A DNA stretch of 64,000 bases. Origin: Candidatus Bathyarchaeota archaeon (GTDB lineage: Archaea > Thermoproteota > Bathyarchaeia > Bathyarchaeales > Bathycorpusculaceae). Below are positions 10,510 to 19,583 of this stretch, piece by piece. Within the stretch, counting starts at the first letter, position 1; each line of letters begins with the position of its first letter. A model generated the notes under the pieces. It had not been told where the DNA came from. It saw nothing but the letters and a program-made list of their open reading frames with translations, and did no database searches. Location of the stretch: NCBI GenBank assembly GCA_963832745.1, contig CAWHVC010000003.1:160001-224000 (forward strand). Direction: 5' to 3'. Made by a program: the position numbers and the translations under genes.

Positions 10510-10941
10510 TTGAGTAGTGAAGAGCAAATTAAAGAAATCCTAACAAAATACAAGACTATAGCAGTGGTTGGGTTATCAAACACCATTGGAAAACCAAGCC
10601 ACCGAGTAGCTGCATATCTTAAACAGCACGGCTACATCATAATACCTGTAAATCCTACAATCGAAGAAGCTTTAGGCAGTAAAAGCTACAAAACCCTGCT
10701 AGATATACCTCCAGAAATCGCAAAAGGTATTGAGGTTGTGGATATTTTTCGTAAAAGTGAAGATGTGCCGCCGGTTGTTGAGCAGGCAATTGAGCTTAAG
10801 CAGCGGTATGGTCAACCCTTCGTGGTTTGGATGCAGCTGGGTATCCGTAATGAGCTGGCGGCTGAGGCTGCGAGGCAAGCGGGGCTAATTGTGGTTATGG
10901 ATAAGTGCATGATGAAGGAGCGCCTCCACCTGTTTCCTTAA
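10510..10941 (+). CDS. CoA-binding protein (YccU-like)
   Basis: IAVVGLS, IPVNP, VDIFR, VWMQLG, MDKC. Confidence 0.92.
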   Translation: MSSEEQIKEILTKYKTIAVVGLSNTIGKPSHRVAAYLKQHGYIIIPVNPTIEEALGSKSYKTLLDIPPEIAKGIEVVDIFRKSEDVPPVVEQAIELKQRYGQPFVVWMQLGIRNELAAEAARQAGLIVVMDKCMMKERLHLFP

Positions 10942-10945
10942 TAGC

Positions 10946-11809
10946 TTATGCGGCCCCCAATATCAATGAAGCAACCGTTGCAATTATCACGATTGCCAGA
11001 GTCTCTGCCAAAGTTACCTTCCAGTTGACACGCGTTTTCTTTGAACGATACCTGACCAGAAAGATGCCCACTATGGCAACAACCAAAGCCAGAGAAACCA
11101 CGATGTTGAAGACTGGTGGAAGCAGTAAGTACGCAGCTATGGGTATAATCCCTGCTACGAACGTGGTGGTTCCACAGATTATTGCAGCATAAAGATTCGA
11201 ACGATGAATTTCTTTACCTAGCAACGTGAATAGCTTTTGCACTAGTATCAAAGATTTGTCGCGTTCTTTTTTGTCCGGAATGTCGCTTAAACTGTAATTC
11301 ATCAATGTTTGCAGCGTCATGATATCGGCAAGGTCTTCAGTGATACCGCCAAGTAGAAAACTGGAAAAGTTGGTGATAGCAACTGCACTCAAAGTTAGAA
11401 AAGCTGCGAAGACTACAGCGTTTGGGTTACCAAGAAATGTTGATGTGCCTGCGAAAGTGGCTATGAATGCTGAGAGTATAACGACAAGACTTGTCACTGA
11501 ACCGTCAACAAGTCCTGCGACAACTTCCATAATAGGCTCCTTTTTCAATAGTAGGCTTTCCCATTCTTTGCCCAGTTTTTGGCCCTGAGTAGTTAACTGG
11601 ACGTATTCGCCGTCTTCTCTAAGTAGCCCTTCGTTACGCATTTCTTTAAGTGATTTGTCTAGTTCACTCATTTCCACGCAAGTGTAGCTGACGCAGACAC
11701 GGTCAATTTTGCCTTTGAGAACTGACTTTTTAATTTTAGCGCCCTTGCTTAAATTTAAAAGAACAATTACCCTAATGACATCTGGTAAATCTTGTATTTC
11801 AAATGCCAC
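10946..11809 (-). CDS. Winged-helix domain fused to VIT1/CCC1-like membrane domain
   Basis: N-terminal wHTH-like (LREDGEYVQLTTQG); GLVDG motif and about five TMs of VIT1 type. Confidence 0.62.
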   Translation of the reverse strand: MAFEIQDLPDVIRVIVLLNLSKGAKIKKSVLKGKIDRVCVSYTCVEMSELDKSLKEMRNEGLLREDGEYVQLTTQGQKLGKEWESLLLKKEPIMEVVAGLVDGSVTSLVVILSAFIATFAGTSTFLGNPNAVVFAAFLTLSAVAITNFSSFLLGGITEDLADIMTLQTLMNYSLSDIPDKKERDKSLILVQKLFTLLGKEIHRSNLYAAIICGTTTFVAGIIPIAAYLLLPPVFNIVVSLALVVAIVGIFLVRYRSKKTRVNWKVTLAETLAIVIIATVASLILGAA

Positions 11810-11961
11810 TTAACAACTTCACCAATTTAATACTCAACTGAGATTCAAATTGACTAATAACTCTTATGCGACAAACTGAACCTTTCCGATGGCGTCAAGG
11901 CACAAATTGGCGTACTTTCGGGGTGATTTTACGGGTTTAAAGCCTACCCATTTGTGAATAG

Positions 11962-12012
11962 GTAGACCCCCTATAGGTTTCTGCATAGAACCTCTATTAG
12001 GATTCATATAGG
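11962..12012 (+). repeat. Dispersed intergenic repeat, copy 1
   Basis: Core CTATAGGTTTCTGCATA at 11971-11987, exact reverse complement at 39749 and 40160; degenerate copy at about 12034-12064. Confidence 0.75.
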
Positions 12013-12241
12013 CTCCAAAAAGGTTGGTGACGAGCTACCCTCCTCTACGTTTTCTGCAATGATTGAAGATTAGACACCAAATAAGCAAGTTATGTTAATG
12101 ATTAAATAGGGTTGCATAGACTGTTTTGTTATGTCTGACTTAGCACCGAATTGTCCATGCCCAAAGCGAAACTGCCAACGCCATGGAAACTGCACCGAAT
12201 GTGTACGGCACCATAAAGAAAAAAATGAGATGCCTTACTGT

Positions 12242-12646
12242 TCAAGGTAACGCAAATGAATGCAGGCCAACCGTGAAAAACGAAGCCAGAAGTGTTACAA
12301 TTACCAAAATGCATGAGACAAGAGAAGCCCATTTGGCAAGCTTGAATTTTCCTTCAAAATTAAAAACTGAACCAAACGAAACAGAGAGGAACAGCAGAAG
12401 TGTTGAGGTTTCTTTTGGGTCCCATGACCAGTAGTTACCCCATGCTGTTTGAGCCCAAAGCATACCCGAAGCTAACCCCAGAAAGGTGAACAGCCATGCG
12501 GCCAAACAAAAAATGCCAGTTAACTTGTTGTCTCTAAGACGGCTAATCGATAGTGCCGTTGCAAATAGGAAGACAAAAACGTAACCTATGATGGCTAATG
12601 GGGGATGAATGTAGAGCATTACAGAAGTTAATTCGTGACTGCTCAT
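12242..12646 (-). CDS. ccsA: Minimal cytochrome c heme-attachment protein (CcsA-like)
   Basis: [21 protein letters not shown] tryptophan-rich motif, C-terminal GLHSF. Confidence 0.82.
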   Translation of the reverse strand: MSSHELTSVMLYIHPPLAIIGYVFVFLFATALSISRLRDNKLTGIFCLAAWLFTFLGLASGMLWAQTAWGNYWSWDPKETSTLLLFLSVSFGSVFNFEGKFKLAKWASLVSCILVIVTLLASFFTVGLHSFALP

Positions 12647-13683
12647 GACGGTTTCTTTGCCCTCATTTTAACGACAACAAAAACAGCAGCCAACAAAACC
12701 GTTACAACCGCCGCCACAATTGTAATCGTTATCCAGTCGATCCCTTGGGCTTCTTCTACTTCAAAGCTGGTAATTGTTGATGCTGACTGAACAGAAGATG
12801 AAGAGTCTTGAATGGTTGCTCGAATAGCACAGGTTGATGCCATATCTGGGGTTGTCCACTGGTAACTGCCGCTGCCGGGCAAGTCAGTTGCCAACGTTAT
12901 CCATTGTTTATTGTTTATTATGTATTCCAGTTTGACTTTCAGGGTGCTTGTTCCGCCGGTGGCTTGCCACTGAATGGTCTGCTTTGAACCTATCGGCAAA
13001 TGTTCACCTTGAGTTGGAGCTGTAATTTGAATTGATAGGGTTGTTTGGGTTGTCGATGGTGAAGCAGAAGGTTGAGTGGAGGTTGAAGGTGTGTTTGTTA
13101 GGGTAGCTGTTGAGGTGGGGGCTGGTGTCGATGTGGACTGTGTTGGTGTGGGTGTTGATGCTGGGGGTGTTGGTGTGGGAAAAGGTTCTGGGGTTCCTGT
13201 GGGTTGACCTATAGTAATTAACGGGTAAGGTGAGTAGGTATCAGAGAAATAGCAGTTGCCATGCGTATTGTATCCTGTTGCTTGAATATTCAGGTAGTCG
13301 TAGCCATCTGAGGTTCCTGTTATTTGCCATGTAGCTGTTGTAGTTCCTGAAGGTAAGGAACCAATGGTGTATGTAGGGTTGGTAACTTTGAAATGGCCAT
13401 TGGCAGAACTTAACGTTAAGGAAACACCGTTCATAGTTGAGTAGGTTGCTGTGTTAACGTCATTTAAGACAACCACTTTTACGGTAATAGTTTGATCAAC
13501 ACTTAATGTTGAAGGTATTTGGTTGCCACTATCACCTTCAAGAATGTCAAGGTACTGATAATATCCCTCTGAACTGTGGCAGCTTTGGCAGGGATTATTT
13601 GAAATACTAAGGGTTGGCGGAGAAAAAACCAGCCCAAGAACAGCCAAAGATACAATTAGCACTATTATTGTCACTTTTTTCAA
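12643..13683 (-). CDS. Surface-anchored putative monoheme c-type cytochrome
   Basis: Signal peptide, CQSCH, beta-rich domains, P/T/S linker, C-terminal TM and basic tail; ATGA overlap with ccsA. Confidence 0.72.
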   Translation of the reverse strand: MKKVTIIVLIVSLAVLGLVFSPPTLSISNNPCQSCHSSEGYYQYLDILEGDSGNQIPSTLSVDQTITVKVVVLNDVNTATYSTMNGVSLTLSSANGHFKVTNPTYTIGSLPSGTTTATWQITGTSDGYDYLNIQATGYNTHGNCYFSDTYSPYPLITIGQPTGTPEPFPTPTPPASTPTPTQSTSTPAPTSTATLTNTPSTSTQPSASPSTTQTTLSIQITAPTQGEHLPIGSKQTIQWQATGGTSTLKVKLEYIINNKQWITLATDLPGSGSYQWTTPDMASTCAIRATIQDSSSSVQSASTITSFEVEEAQGIDWITITIVAAVVTVLLAAVFVVVKMRAKKPS

Positions 13684-13821
13684 ACAGAAACGTCTCCCTT
13701 TGCCCGCAAGACACAGCTTTCTTTATCAAAACCAAAAGCCGGTACTTAATCTTTTTTAAAAAAGCAAAAAAAGAGGTTAAATAAGCATAAGAGCAATAAA
13801 CAACCTTCAAAGTGGCATTAA

Positions 13822-14067
13822 ATGGCTAAGGGCCATAAAGCTGAAGCGCAAAAAAGATTGAAAATCCAGAGGTATTTCTGGAATATCGTCGGCACTGAAG
13901 AACACATCAATATTCCCAAGCTGCAGGATGCGATTCGAAAAGAATTTCACTCAACAGATAGCCGTTTGATTGATTCCCAGATTAGGTTAATGCAGACCGA
14001 AGGCAAAATCAGGGTTGAAGAAAAAGTTAAGGTATGGATAAAACAGCCTAGTTCTGTGGACACTTAA
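13822..14067 (+). CDS. Small hypothetical protein, possibly wHTH-like
   Basis: Clean 81-aa ORF, basic and helical. Confidence 0.55.
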   Translation: MAKGHKAEAQKRLKIQRYFWNIVGTEEHINIPKLQDAIRKEFHSTDSRLIDSQIRLMQTEGKIRVEEKVKVWIKQPSSVDT

Positions 14068-14530
14068 GTGTGATTTTTTTGGTTACGTGCAGGTCGATGG
14101 TTATCATGAAGATAAAGGGTAGTGCAAGATAGAGGAAGGCAAACGCGGGGTTGCTAAATAATTGAACGCAAAAGCTTTGAGATATCAAGTTCGGGTTTGT
14201 GACGTCTATTCCAATGAGATTAAACTGGTTAATTATGGCTGTACTTGCTACCGTTAAGCCTAAGCTGATTAGGAATCGAATAAAAAGCCTGTTTACTCCT
14301 CCAAAGACAAGTCTTGAAATAATTGTAGATAAGACAAAGGTCCAAGCAAATGAGAAGATGAAAACTGCCGTGTTTGTTCTGCTGATTAGTATTGATGCGA
14401 GAAAGGGGTTGAATAAGCTTAGTGAGGCTGTAATTGAGGAGAGGGCTGTTTGGGTGAAGATTTGGTAGCTGAGCATTAAGAAGTAGGCTAAAACCAAGTA
14501 GGCTGCTGTCATCGTTATTTTTCTAGCCAA
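14048..14530 (-). CDS. Hypothetical membrane protein
   Basis: About four hydrophobic segments; GAAGTGA upstream of TTG. Confidence 0.65.
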   Translation of the reverse strand: MARKITMTAAYLVLAYFLMLSYQIFTQTALSSITASLSLFNPFLASILISRTNTAVFIFSFAWTFVLSTIISRLVFGGVNRLFIRFLISLGLTVASTAIINQFNLIGIDVTNPNLISQSFCVQLFSNPAFAFLYLALPFIFMITIDLHVTKKITLKCPQN

Positions 14531-14689
14531 ACCGCTTCACTTCTTCAAGTAATTAACGTGATCTGTTATAATTGTTACTCACCTACAATTGCCTTTTTTG
14601 TTATAACCATAACCTATCAATCAGGCGTACAAGCGACGAAGATATTAGCAAATTAACTGTATAATCAAAAACAAGAAAAAGGTCAAAAA

Positions 14690-15293
14690 ATGAAACACCC
14701 CACGATAACAATCCTATCGGCACTCACCGCTGCCTGCGCGTACATCATTTTCACCTTGGCATCTGCACTTCATTTTCTCCAAGCCTACAGTCCATTAACA
14801 CAGTCCATTAACCAATTGGCTCAGCGACTTTGGCAACCCAAACCCAAAATCCAACAGGCGCATTATACTACAATCTTGTCGGCGCATTAACAAGCTTTAG
14901 CCTTGCGGGCCTTTTTCGTTGCAATAACAACCTGGAAAGCAACCGACGACAAAACAAAAGCATTGTTACATTTTTTACAAATCGCTGGGATAGCCCTTGC
15001 CTGCGCATTTATTGCAACAGTAATTTACCCCTTGGGAGTTAACGACCAAATCCATGGAGCCGCCTCAACAGCCCTGTTTGTTTGCGTGGGCTTTTTTGAA
15101 ATTTTTTCGGCAACTGCCATGCGTAGAAATCCTGTTTACGGAAAGAAGCTTTTTGTTTTCGGCATAACGGTGGCTATTATAAATTTTGTTTCCGGGTCAG
15201 CTTCAATTTTGCAAACATGTTTGTCGGCGAATGGGTAATGGTTGCGTTACTAATCACTTATATGCTAACGCTTTCCGTAACAAGAAATGAATA
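14690..15293 (+). pseudogene. Frameshifted DUF998-like membrane protein
   Basis: Fragments in several frames rebuild YSPLTNWLSDFGNP..NPTGALYYN..IHG..EW; 13-bp tandem duplication ACAGTCCATTAAC at 14787-14812. Confidence 0.75.
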
Positions 15294-15295
15294 GA

Positions 15296-15631
15296 TTATT
15301 TTTTGCTTTTTCCCCTGAAGTCTTCAGGGTCAATTTGAACACGTTTTCCATCTTTCATAATATAGAAGTGAAAATCATATTCAGCACAATAATTTTTAAA
15401 GTCCAAATAATCCCTTTCATTTCCCTTAAACATGTCCTCAGTTGCAACTTGACAGATACGGGTCAAGCAGCCAGGCTTTTTAGCTACAACATCAGGAGTG
15501 TAGGGACCCATTTTAGCAGGTTTATTCCAACCCTCAACGTTAGCGTTAACATCCCAATTATCCTTCTTTAATGCTTCAGCTATTTCTAAAACGCATGCGT
15601 CACGAGGTTCATCAACTTTTTTCTTACTCAT
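15296..15631 (-). CDS. Hypothetical protein, possibly restriction-endonuclease-like fold
   Basis: Clean ORF; YTPDVVAKK...ICQVAT resembles a degenerate PD-(D/E)xK. Confidence 0.6.
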   Translation of the reverse strand: MSKKKVDEPRDACVLEIAEALKKDNWDVNANVEGWNKPAKMGPYTPDVVAKKPGCLTRICQVATEDMFKGNERDYLDFKNYCAEYDFHFYIMKDGKRVQIDPEDFRGKSKK

Positions 15632-15696
15632 AAAAGCACCAATACAAGTAAGCGCGAAGGTTTAATTAAGAATTTAGAAAAAATGTTTTCAACAGG

Positions 15697-15828
15697 TTAC
15701 TTTTTGCCTTTGCCGGCATGTTTTGCTGGAAGTGAAACCTGTTTTCTCTCTTTACGCTTTTGTTCTTTTTCACGTAACATTTGCTTATGCTTTTCTAGAC
15801 CTTCAGCTTTCTTTGCTTTCTTAGACAA
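15697..15828 (-). CDS. Small very basic protein (43 aa), not in ORF track
   Basis: TTG start after GGTTGA; MSKKAKKAEGLEKHKQMLREKEQKRKERKQVSLPAKHAGKGKK. Confidence 0.55.
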   Translation of the reverse strand: MSKKAKKAEGLEKHKQMLREKEQKRKERKQVSLPAKHAGKGKK

Positions 15829-15947
15829 AATACATCAACCTTTTTAAAATATAGAAAAATGAGATACTCAAAAACATTTGCATTTTTAAAATTATTTAAG
15901 TGATTAAAAAATTGTTAAAAAAATAAACAGGGAATGCCTTTTGAGAT

Positions 15948-16195
15948 TTAGATGGTTTGTTTCAGTGCACGTTTTAAAAGTAGCAAACCTGCAGCTAAAA
16001 ACACTAAGCCCGCTATGATGAGCACGTAAGGCAACCAAATGTGCAGAGAAATTTTGGAGCCTAACTGGATTTGTGCATCCACACCGTCAGAGCCGTCGGC
16101 GTTCATTATGACATGGCGACTATGCTAAGAAGTAGCACTAAAATACTGACTAAAGTTAACAGGATTTTCTTTTTTGAAGCAGTCAAGTTGGCCAT
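15948..16195 (-). pseudogene. Internally deleted membrane-protein remnant
   Basis: Signal-like MANLTASKKKILLTLVSILVLLLS stops, then another frame gives MNADGSDGVDAQIQLG plus a TM. Confidence 0.4.
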
Positions 16196-16331
16196 TCCCC
16201 TATTAAGCAAGCTACAATTAATTTTGAATAAAAGCTTTCCGAAGAACCTTAAAACAAACTCCTAAACGTCGGGTAAAAATACAACTTGAATTTAGTAAAG
16301 CATATTTTATTCAATCTTGAATTAACTATTA

Positions 16332-17636
16332 ATGCATAAGCAATTCACAGTTTCACTTATCGCAATCATTTTTACTTTAACAATTACCAGCATAATCGCT
16401 GTCTCCGTCGAGCCAGCTAAAGCTGAAACGGGCAAAACCATAAGGGTCCCACAAGACTTTCCCAGCATAAACGCCGCAGTAGGCAATGCTTCACAGGGGG
16501 ACACCATATTTGTGAAAGGCGGAGTTTACACTGAAAAATTGGTTATTGATAAGCAATTGTCGCTTGTGGGCGAGGATGAAGCTTTAACCGTTATTGATGG
16601 GGGCGGAGAGGGAACAGTTGTTTGGATAAACGTTGACAATGTTACCTTAAGCGGATTTACCATAAGAAATAGTGGTGACAACTTTACGGACAGCGGCATC
16701 TATGTCAACAGCTCCAAAAGCGCAACTCTTTCGGGCAATACGGTTACCAGCAACAACATCGGAGTTTATCTTGCTGAGTCTCCTAAAAGCCTGCTCAGAG
16801 ACAACGCTTTAGAGGGCAACAAGTTCAATTTTGGCGTTTACAGCAGCAATTTTGACGGCTACATCCAAGACATTGACCAGTCGAACACTGTGGAAGGCAA
16901 ACCGATGGTTTATTGGGTAAATACAGAAGACAAACAAGCCCCATCCAACGCGGGGTATATTGCTGTTGTGAATTGCACCGACATAACGGTTTCCAGCGTG
17001 GTTTTAGAGAAGAACTGGCAAAACCTACTGTTTGCCTACACCAACAACTCCAAAATCACAAACGTGACAAGCACACTAGGCGAGGACAGTCTTTGGCTAA
17101 TAGACAGCCATAACTGCAACCTACAAAACAGCAACATAACAGGAAACATTTGGGGCGGCACAGCTCTTGTTAACACTTCAAACTGCACAGTTCAAGGCAA
17201 CACTTTCAAGGCCAACGGCGGCTATGGTTTGTTTCTGTCAGATTCTTCAGGTAACCTGTTTTACCATAACAACTTCATATCTAACCCTCACCAAGCATGG
17301 CTCTATGGTCAAAACAGTAACAGTTGGGACAATGGTTACCCAAGCGGTGGAAACTATTGGAATAATTACACGGGCGTGGACCAAAAAAAAGGTCCCAACC
17401 AGAATGAAACGGGAAGCGATGGCATCGGTGATACCCCAGTTTACTTAGGGCAGGACAACGTTGATAATTACCCATTGATGACTCCATGGACCCAGCAGCC
17501 AAATGTGCCTGTCGTGATACCCATAGAGTTTTCAGTAACCGGAATAATTGCAGTAACCGTCATACTTGCCATTTTCATAGTTTACTTCGCGAAAAAGTGG
17601 TCAACAAAAAAGCAAGCAGCAAAAGAGGAAAAATAA
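16332..17636 (+). CDS. NosD/pectin-lyase beta-helix surface protein
   Basis: IRVPQDFPSINAAV, parallel beta-helix Asn repeats, GNYWNNY..DGIGDTP..DNYPL, C-terminal TM. Confidence 0.85.
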   Translation: MHKQFTVSLIAIIFTLTITSIIAVSVEPAKAETGKTIRVPQDFPSINAAVGNASQGDTIFVKGGVYTEKLVIDKQLSLVGEDEALTVIDGGGEGTVVWINVDNVTLSGFTIRNSGDNFTDSGIYVNSSKSATLSGNTVTSNNIGVYLAESPKSLLRDNALEGNKFNFGVYSSNFDGYIQDIDQSNTVEGKPMVYWVNTEDKQAPSNAGYIAVVNCTDITVSSVVLEKNWQNLLFAYTNNSKITNVTSTLGEDSLWLIDSHNCNLQNSNITGNIWGGTALVNTSNCTVQGNTFKANGGYGLFLSDSSGNLFYHNNFISNPHQAWLYGQNSNSWDNGYPSGGNYWNNYTGVDQKKGPNQNETGSDGIGDTPVYLGQDNVDNYPLMTPWTQQPNVPVVIPIEFSVTGIIAVTVILAIFIVYFAKKWSTKKQAAKEEK

Positions 17637-17638
17637 AA

Positions 17639-18343
17639 ATGGCTATACAAACGCTTAAAAAATATTCAAACGTGATATGGTTTGTTATTATAGCAGTGGT
17701 TTTTTCGCTTTTCTTGTACTGGATAAGCGTGGCTGTTTACGGGTTTGGCGACTGGCTTTTTCTTTCAATCAACATAGTATTTTTTGCGGTTTTTTTGGCG
17801 TTTATTCAGTTCCGGCGAAAAATAGCTCGTTTGCCGGCAAGCGCCACTTTAGCGTTTATTGTTGCCTTGTATTTTGAAATGTACGGTGTTCCTTTAACTG
17901 CGTACTTTTTCACGTGGGCGCTTGGTTACGATAGAGTCTACATGCTAGAGTACCTACTCACAGGCGTAATTGGCGTTGAAGCATTCACGATTCTTTTTCA
18001 CTGGTTTATTTTGCCCGTTTCAAACATCCTCATGCTTGCGGGGCTGCTGTTGATTGTGTTTGGCTGGAGAAAAATTCATCAAGCCAAAGGCACACATATG
18101 GTAAAAGACGGTATCTACCATTACATCCGTCACCCACAATATCTGGGCTTCCTAATGCTAACGCTAGGTATGAACATCCAATACACAACCATTCCGACAC
18201 TGTTGATGTGGCCACTCCTCATTATCCTGTACTACCGACTGGCAAGGCAGGAAGAACAGGAAGTTTCAGAAAAGTTTGGGCAAGAGTACGAACAATACAA
18301 AAAGGAAACACCCATGTTTTTCCCACATTTAAGAAAAAAATGA
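17639..18343 (+). CDS. Isoprenylcysteine carboxyl methyltransferase-family membrane protein
   Basis: GIYHYIRHPQYLG, EE..FGQEYEQYKKETPMFFP; start moved to ATG 17639. Confidence 0.88.
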   Translation: MAIQTLKKYSNVIWFVIIAVVFSLFLYWISVAVYGFGDWLFLSINIVFFAVFLAFIQFRRKIARLPASATLAFIVALYFEMYGVPLTAYFFTWALGYDRVYMLEYLLTGVIGVEAFTILFHWFILPVSNILMLAGLLLIVFGWRKIHQAKGTHMVKDGIYHYIRHPQYLGFLMLTLGMNIQYTTIPTLLMWPLLIILYYRLARQEEQEVSEKFGQEYEQYKKETPMFFPHLRKK

Positions 18344-18942
18344 GGAAACTAACAGCAGTCACTCTAGCATTCACTGCAGTATTTATTATTGTAATGTCAA
18401 GCTCTTTCGCCAGCGCAAGCATCAACACGCTACACATCGACTTAGACATCGCAAAATCCACCATCACCCCTTATGAAAAACAGCAAATCACCACCATAGT
18501 CAACGAAAAAGGCGTAGGAATCGTATTTGTTATTCAGCCAGCACAAGGCCCAGCTTGGACAGACTTCTTAAATGAACATCCAGACTTGAGAGCTTTGTGG
18601 GTTCTTGCTCCTGATGACGTAAAAGCCCAAATACAAGCAGCAGTTGGAAACAAAATTGTTTCTTACGCAATTGTCAACTTTGACGACGCAGGATCTAAAA
18701 CGTTGAATTTTGAAACTGACTTTACAGGCATTAACGGGGCACCAAGCACAGGTTTAATAGGAGAATACAAAGTGTTCTTTGCATACGTGTCATTTGAGCC
18801 ATGGTATTGCATGGAAACAGGTTTTGCTTGTGGCGCATGGAACGTTGTCCCTGAAGTGCCGCTTGGAACAGCAATGGCGGCTGTCTCAATGATTGCAGCA
18901 GTAGGCTTCTTAAAGTATAAAAACAAAATTTCTAAGCTTTAA
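18340..18942 (+). CDS. Secreted protein with VPE-type C-terminal sorting signal
   Basis: Signal peptide; VVPEVP + TM + KYKNK; ATGA coupling at 18340. Confidence 0.7.
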   Translation: MRKLTAVTLAFTAVFIIVMSSSFASASINTLHIDLDIAKSTITPYEKQQITTIVNEKGVGIVFVIQPAQGPAWTDFLNEHPDLRALWVLAPDDVKAQIQAAVGNKIVSYAIVNFDDAGSKTLNFETDFTGINGAPSTGLIGEYKVFFAYVSFEPWYCMETGFACGAWNVVPEVPLGTAMAAVSMIAAVGFLKYKNKISKL

Positions 18943-19085
18943 TTTTTTTATTTATTTTTTATTTTTTAGGCATAATTTTGTTTTTAGGTAATTTTATTGT
19001 GTATTTGTTTTCTACAATTTGTTTTATTAGACATGTTTTGGAAAGTTTTTTTAAAGGCTTTCTTTGAAAGTTGTTTGGTGGTTAG

Positions 19086-19583
19086 TTGAGAGGCAAGCAG
19101 TGGTCAGTTGAAGAAGAACGGCAATTGCGTGAACTTGTTAAGGAAGGCAAAAGTTTGGAGGAAATTTCACAGAATATGGGTAAGTCTGTTCTTTCTGTGA
19201 AAGGTAAATTGCATAATTTGGGTTTAAATAAGTTACGAGTTGGTCGGAGTTTCTGGGGTACAGGTGCAACAACAACTGTTGCAACAACTACTTCTTCTGA
19301 AGCTTCGGCTTCGGTTAATGGGGCGGTTTTTGGTGGTATTGCTTTAAAATTGAAGCAAAAGTTGTCTACTCTTGAAGAAAATGCTAAGCGTCTTGATGCA
19401 GCAAATGCTTTGTTAACAGATCCAAATGTTAATCTTAGTCGTACTGATGTGCAAAGACTGCATGCTGCTGTTTTGGGTACTAAGACTTATCATGAAGTTT
19501 ATGTGAAGTATGTGCAGTATCGCAAGTTAGAGGAAGAGGTTGCGGAGTTGAAACGGAAGCTTGCGGAAGAAAAAGATCAATAA
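19086..19583 (+). CDS. HTH/coiled-coil protein, candidate terminase small subunit
   Basis: WSVEEERQLREL..KSLEEIS..MGKS..SVKGKL HTH; helical C-terminus; overlaps terL. Confidence 0.6.
   Translation: MRGKQWSVEEERQLRELVKEGKSLEEISQNMGKSVLSVKGKLHNLGLNKLRVGRSFWGTGATTTVATTTSSEASASVNGAVFGGIALKLKQKLSTLEENAKRLDAANALLTDPNVNLSRTDVQRLHAAVLGTKTYHEVYVKYVQYRKLEEEVAELKRKLAEEKDQ

Noticed and set aside
11810-12241. Possible SRP or RNase P RNA, or replication origin, in long intergenic gaps
   Set aside because: AT-rich with no GC-rich helices or conserved motifs; no cdc6/orc1 nearby and no true ORB dyad.
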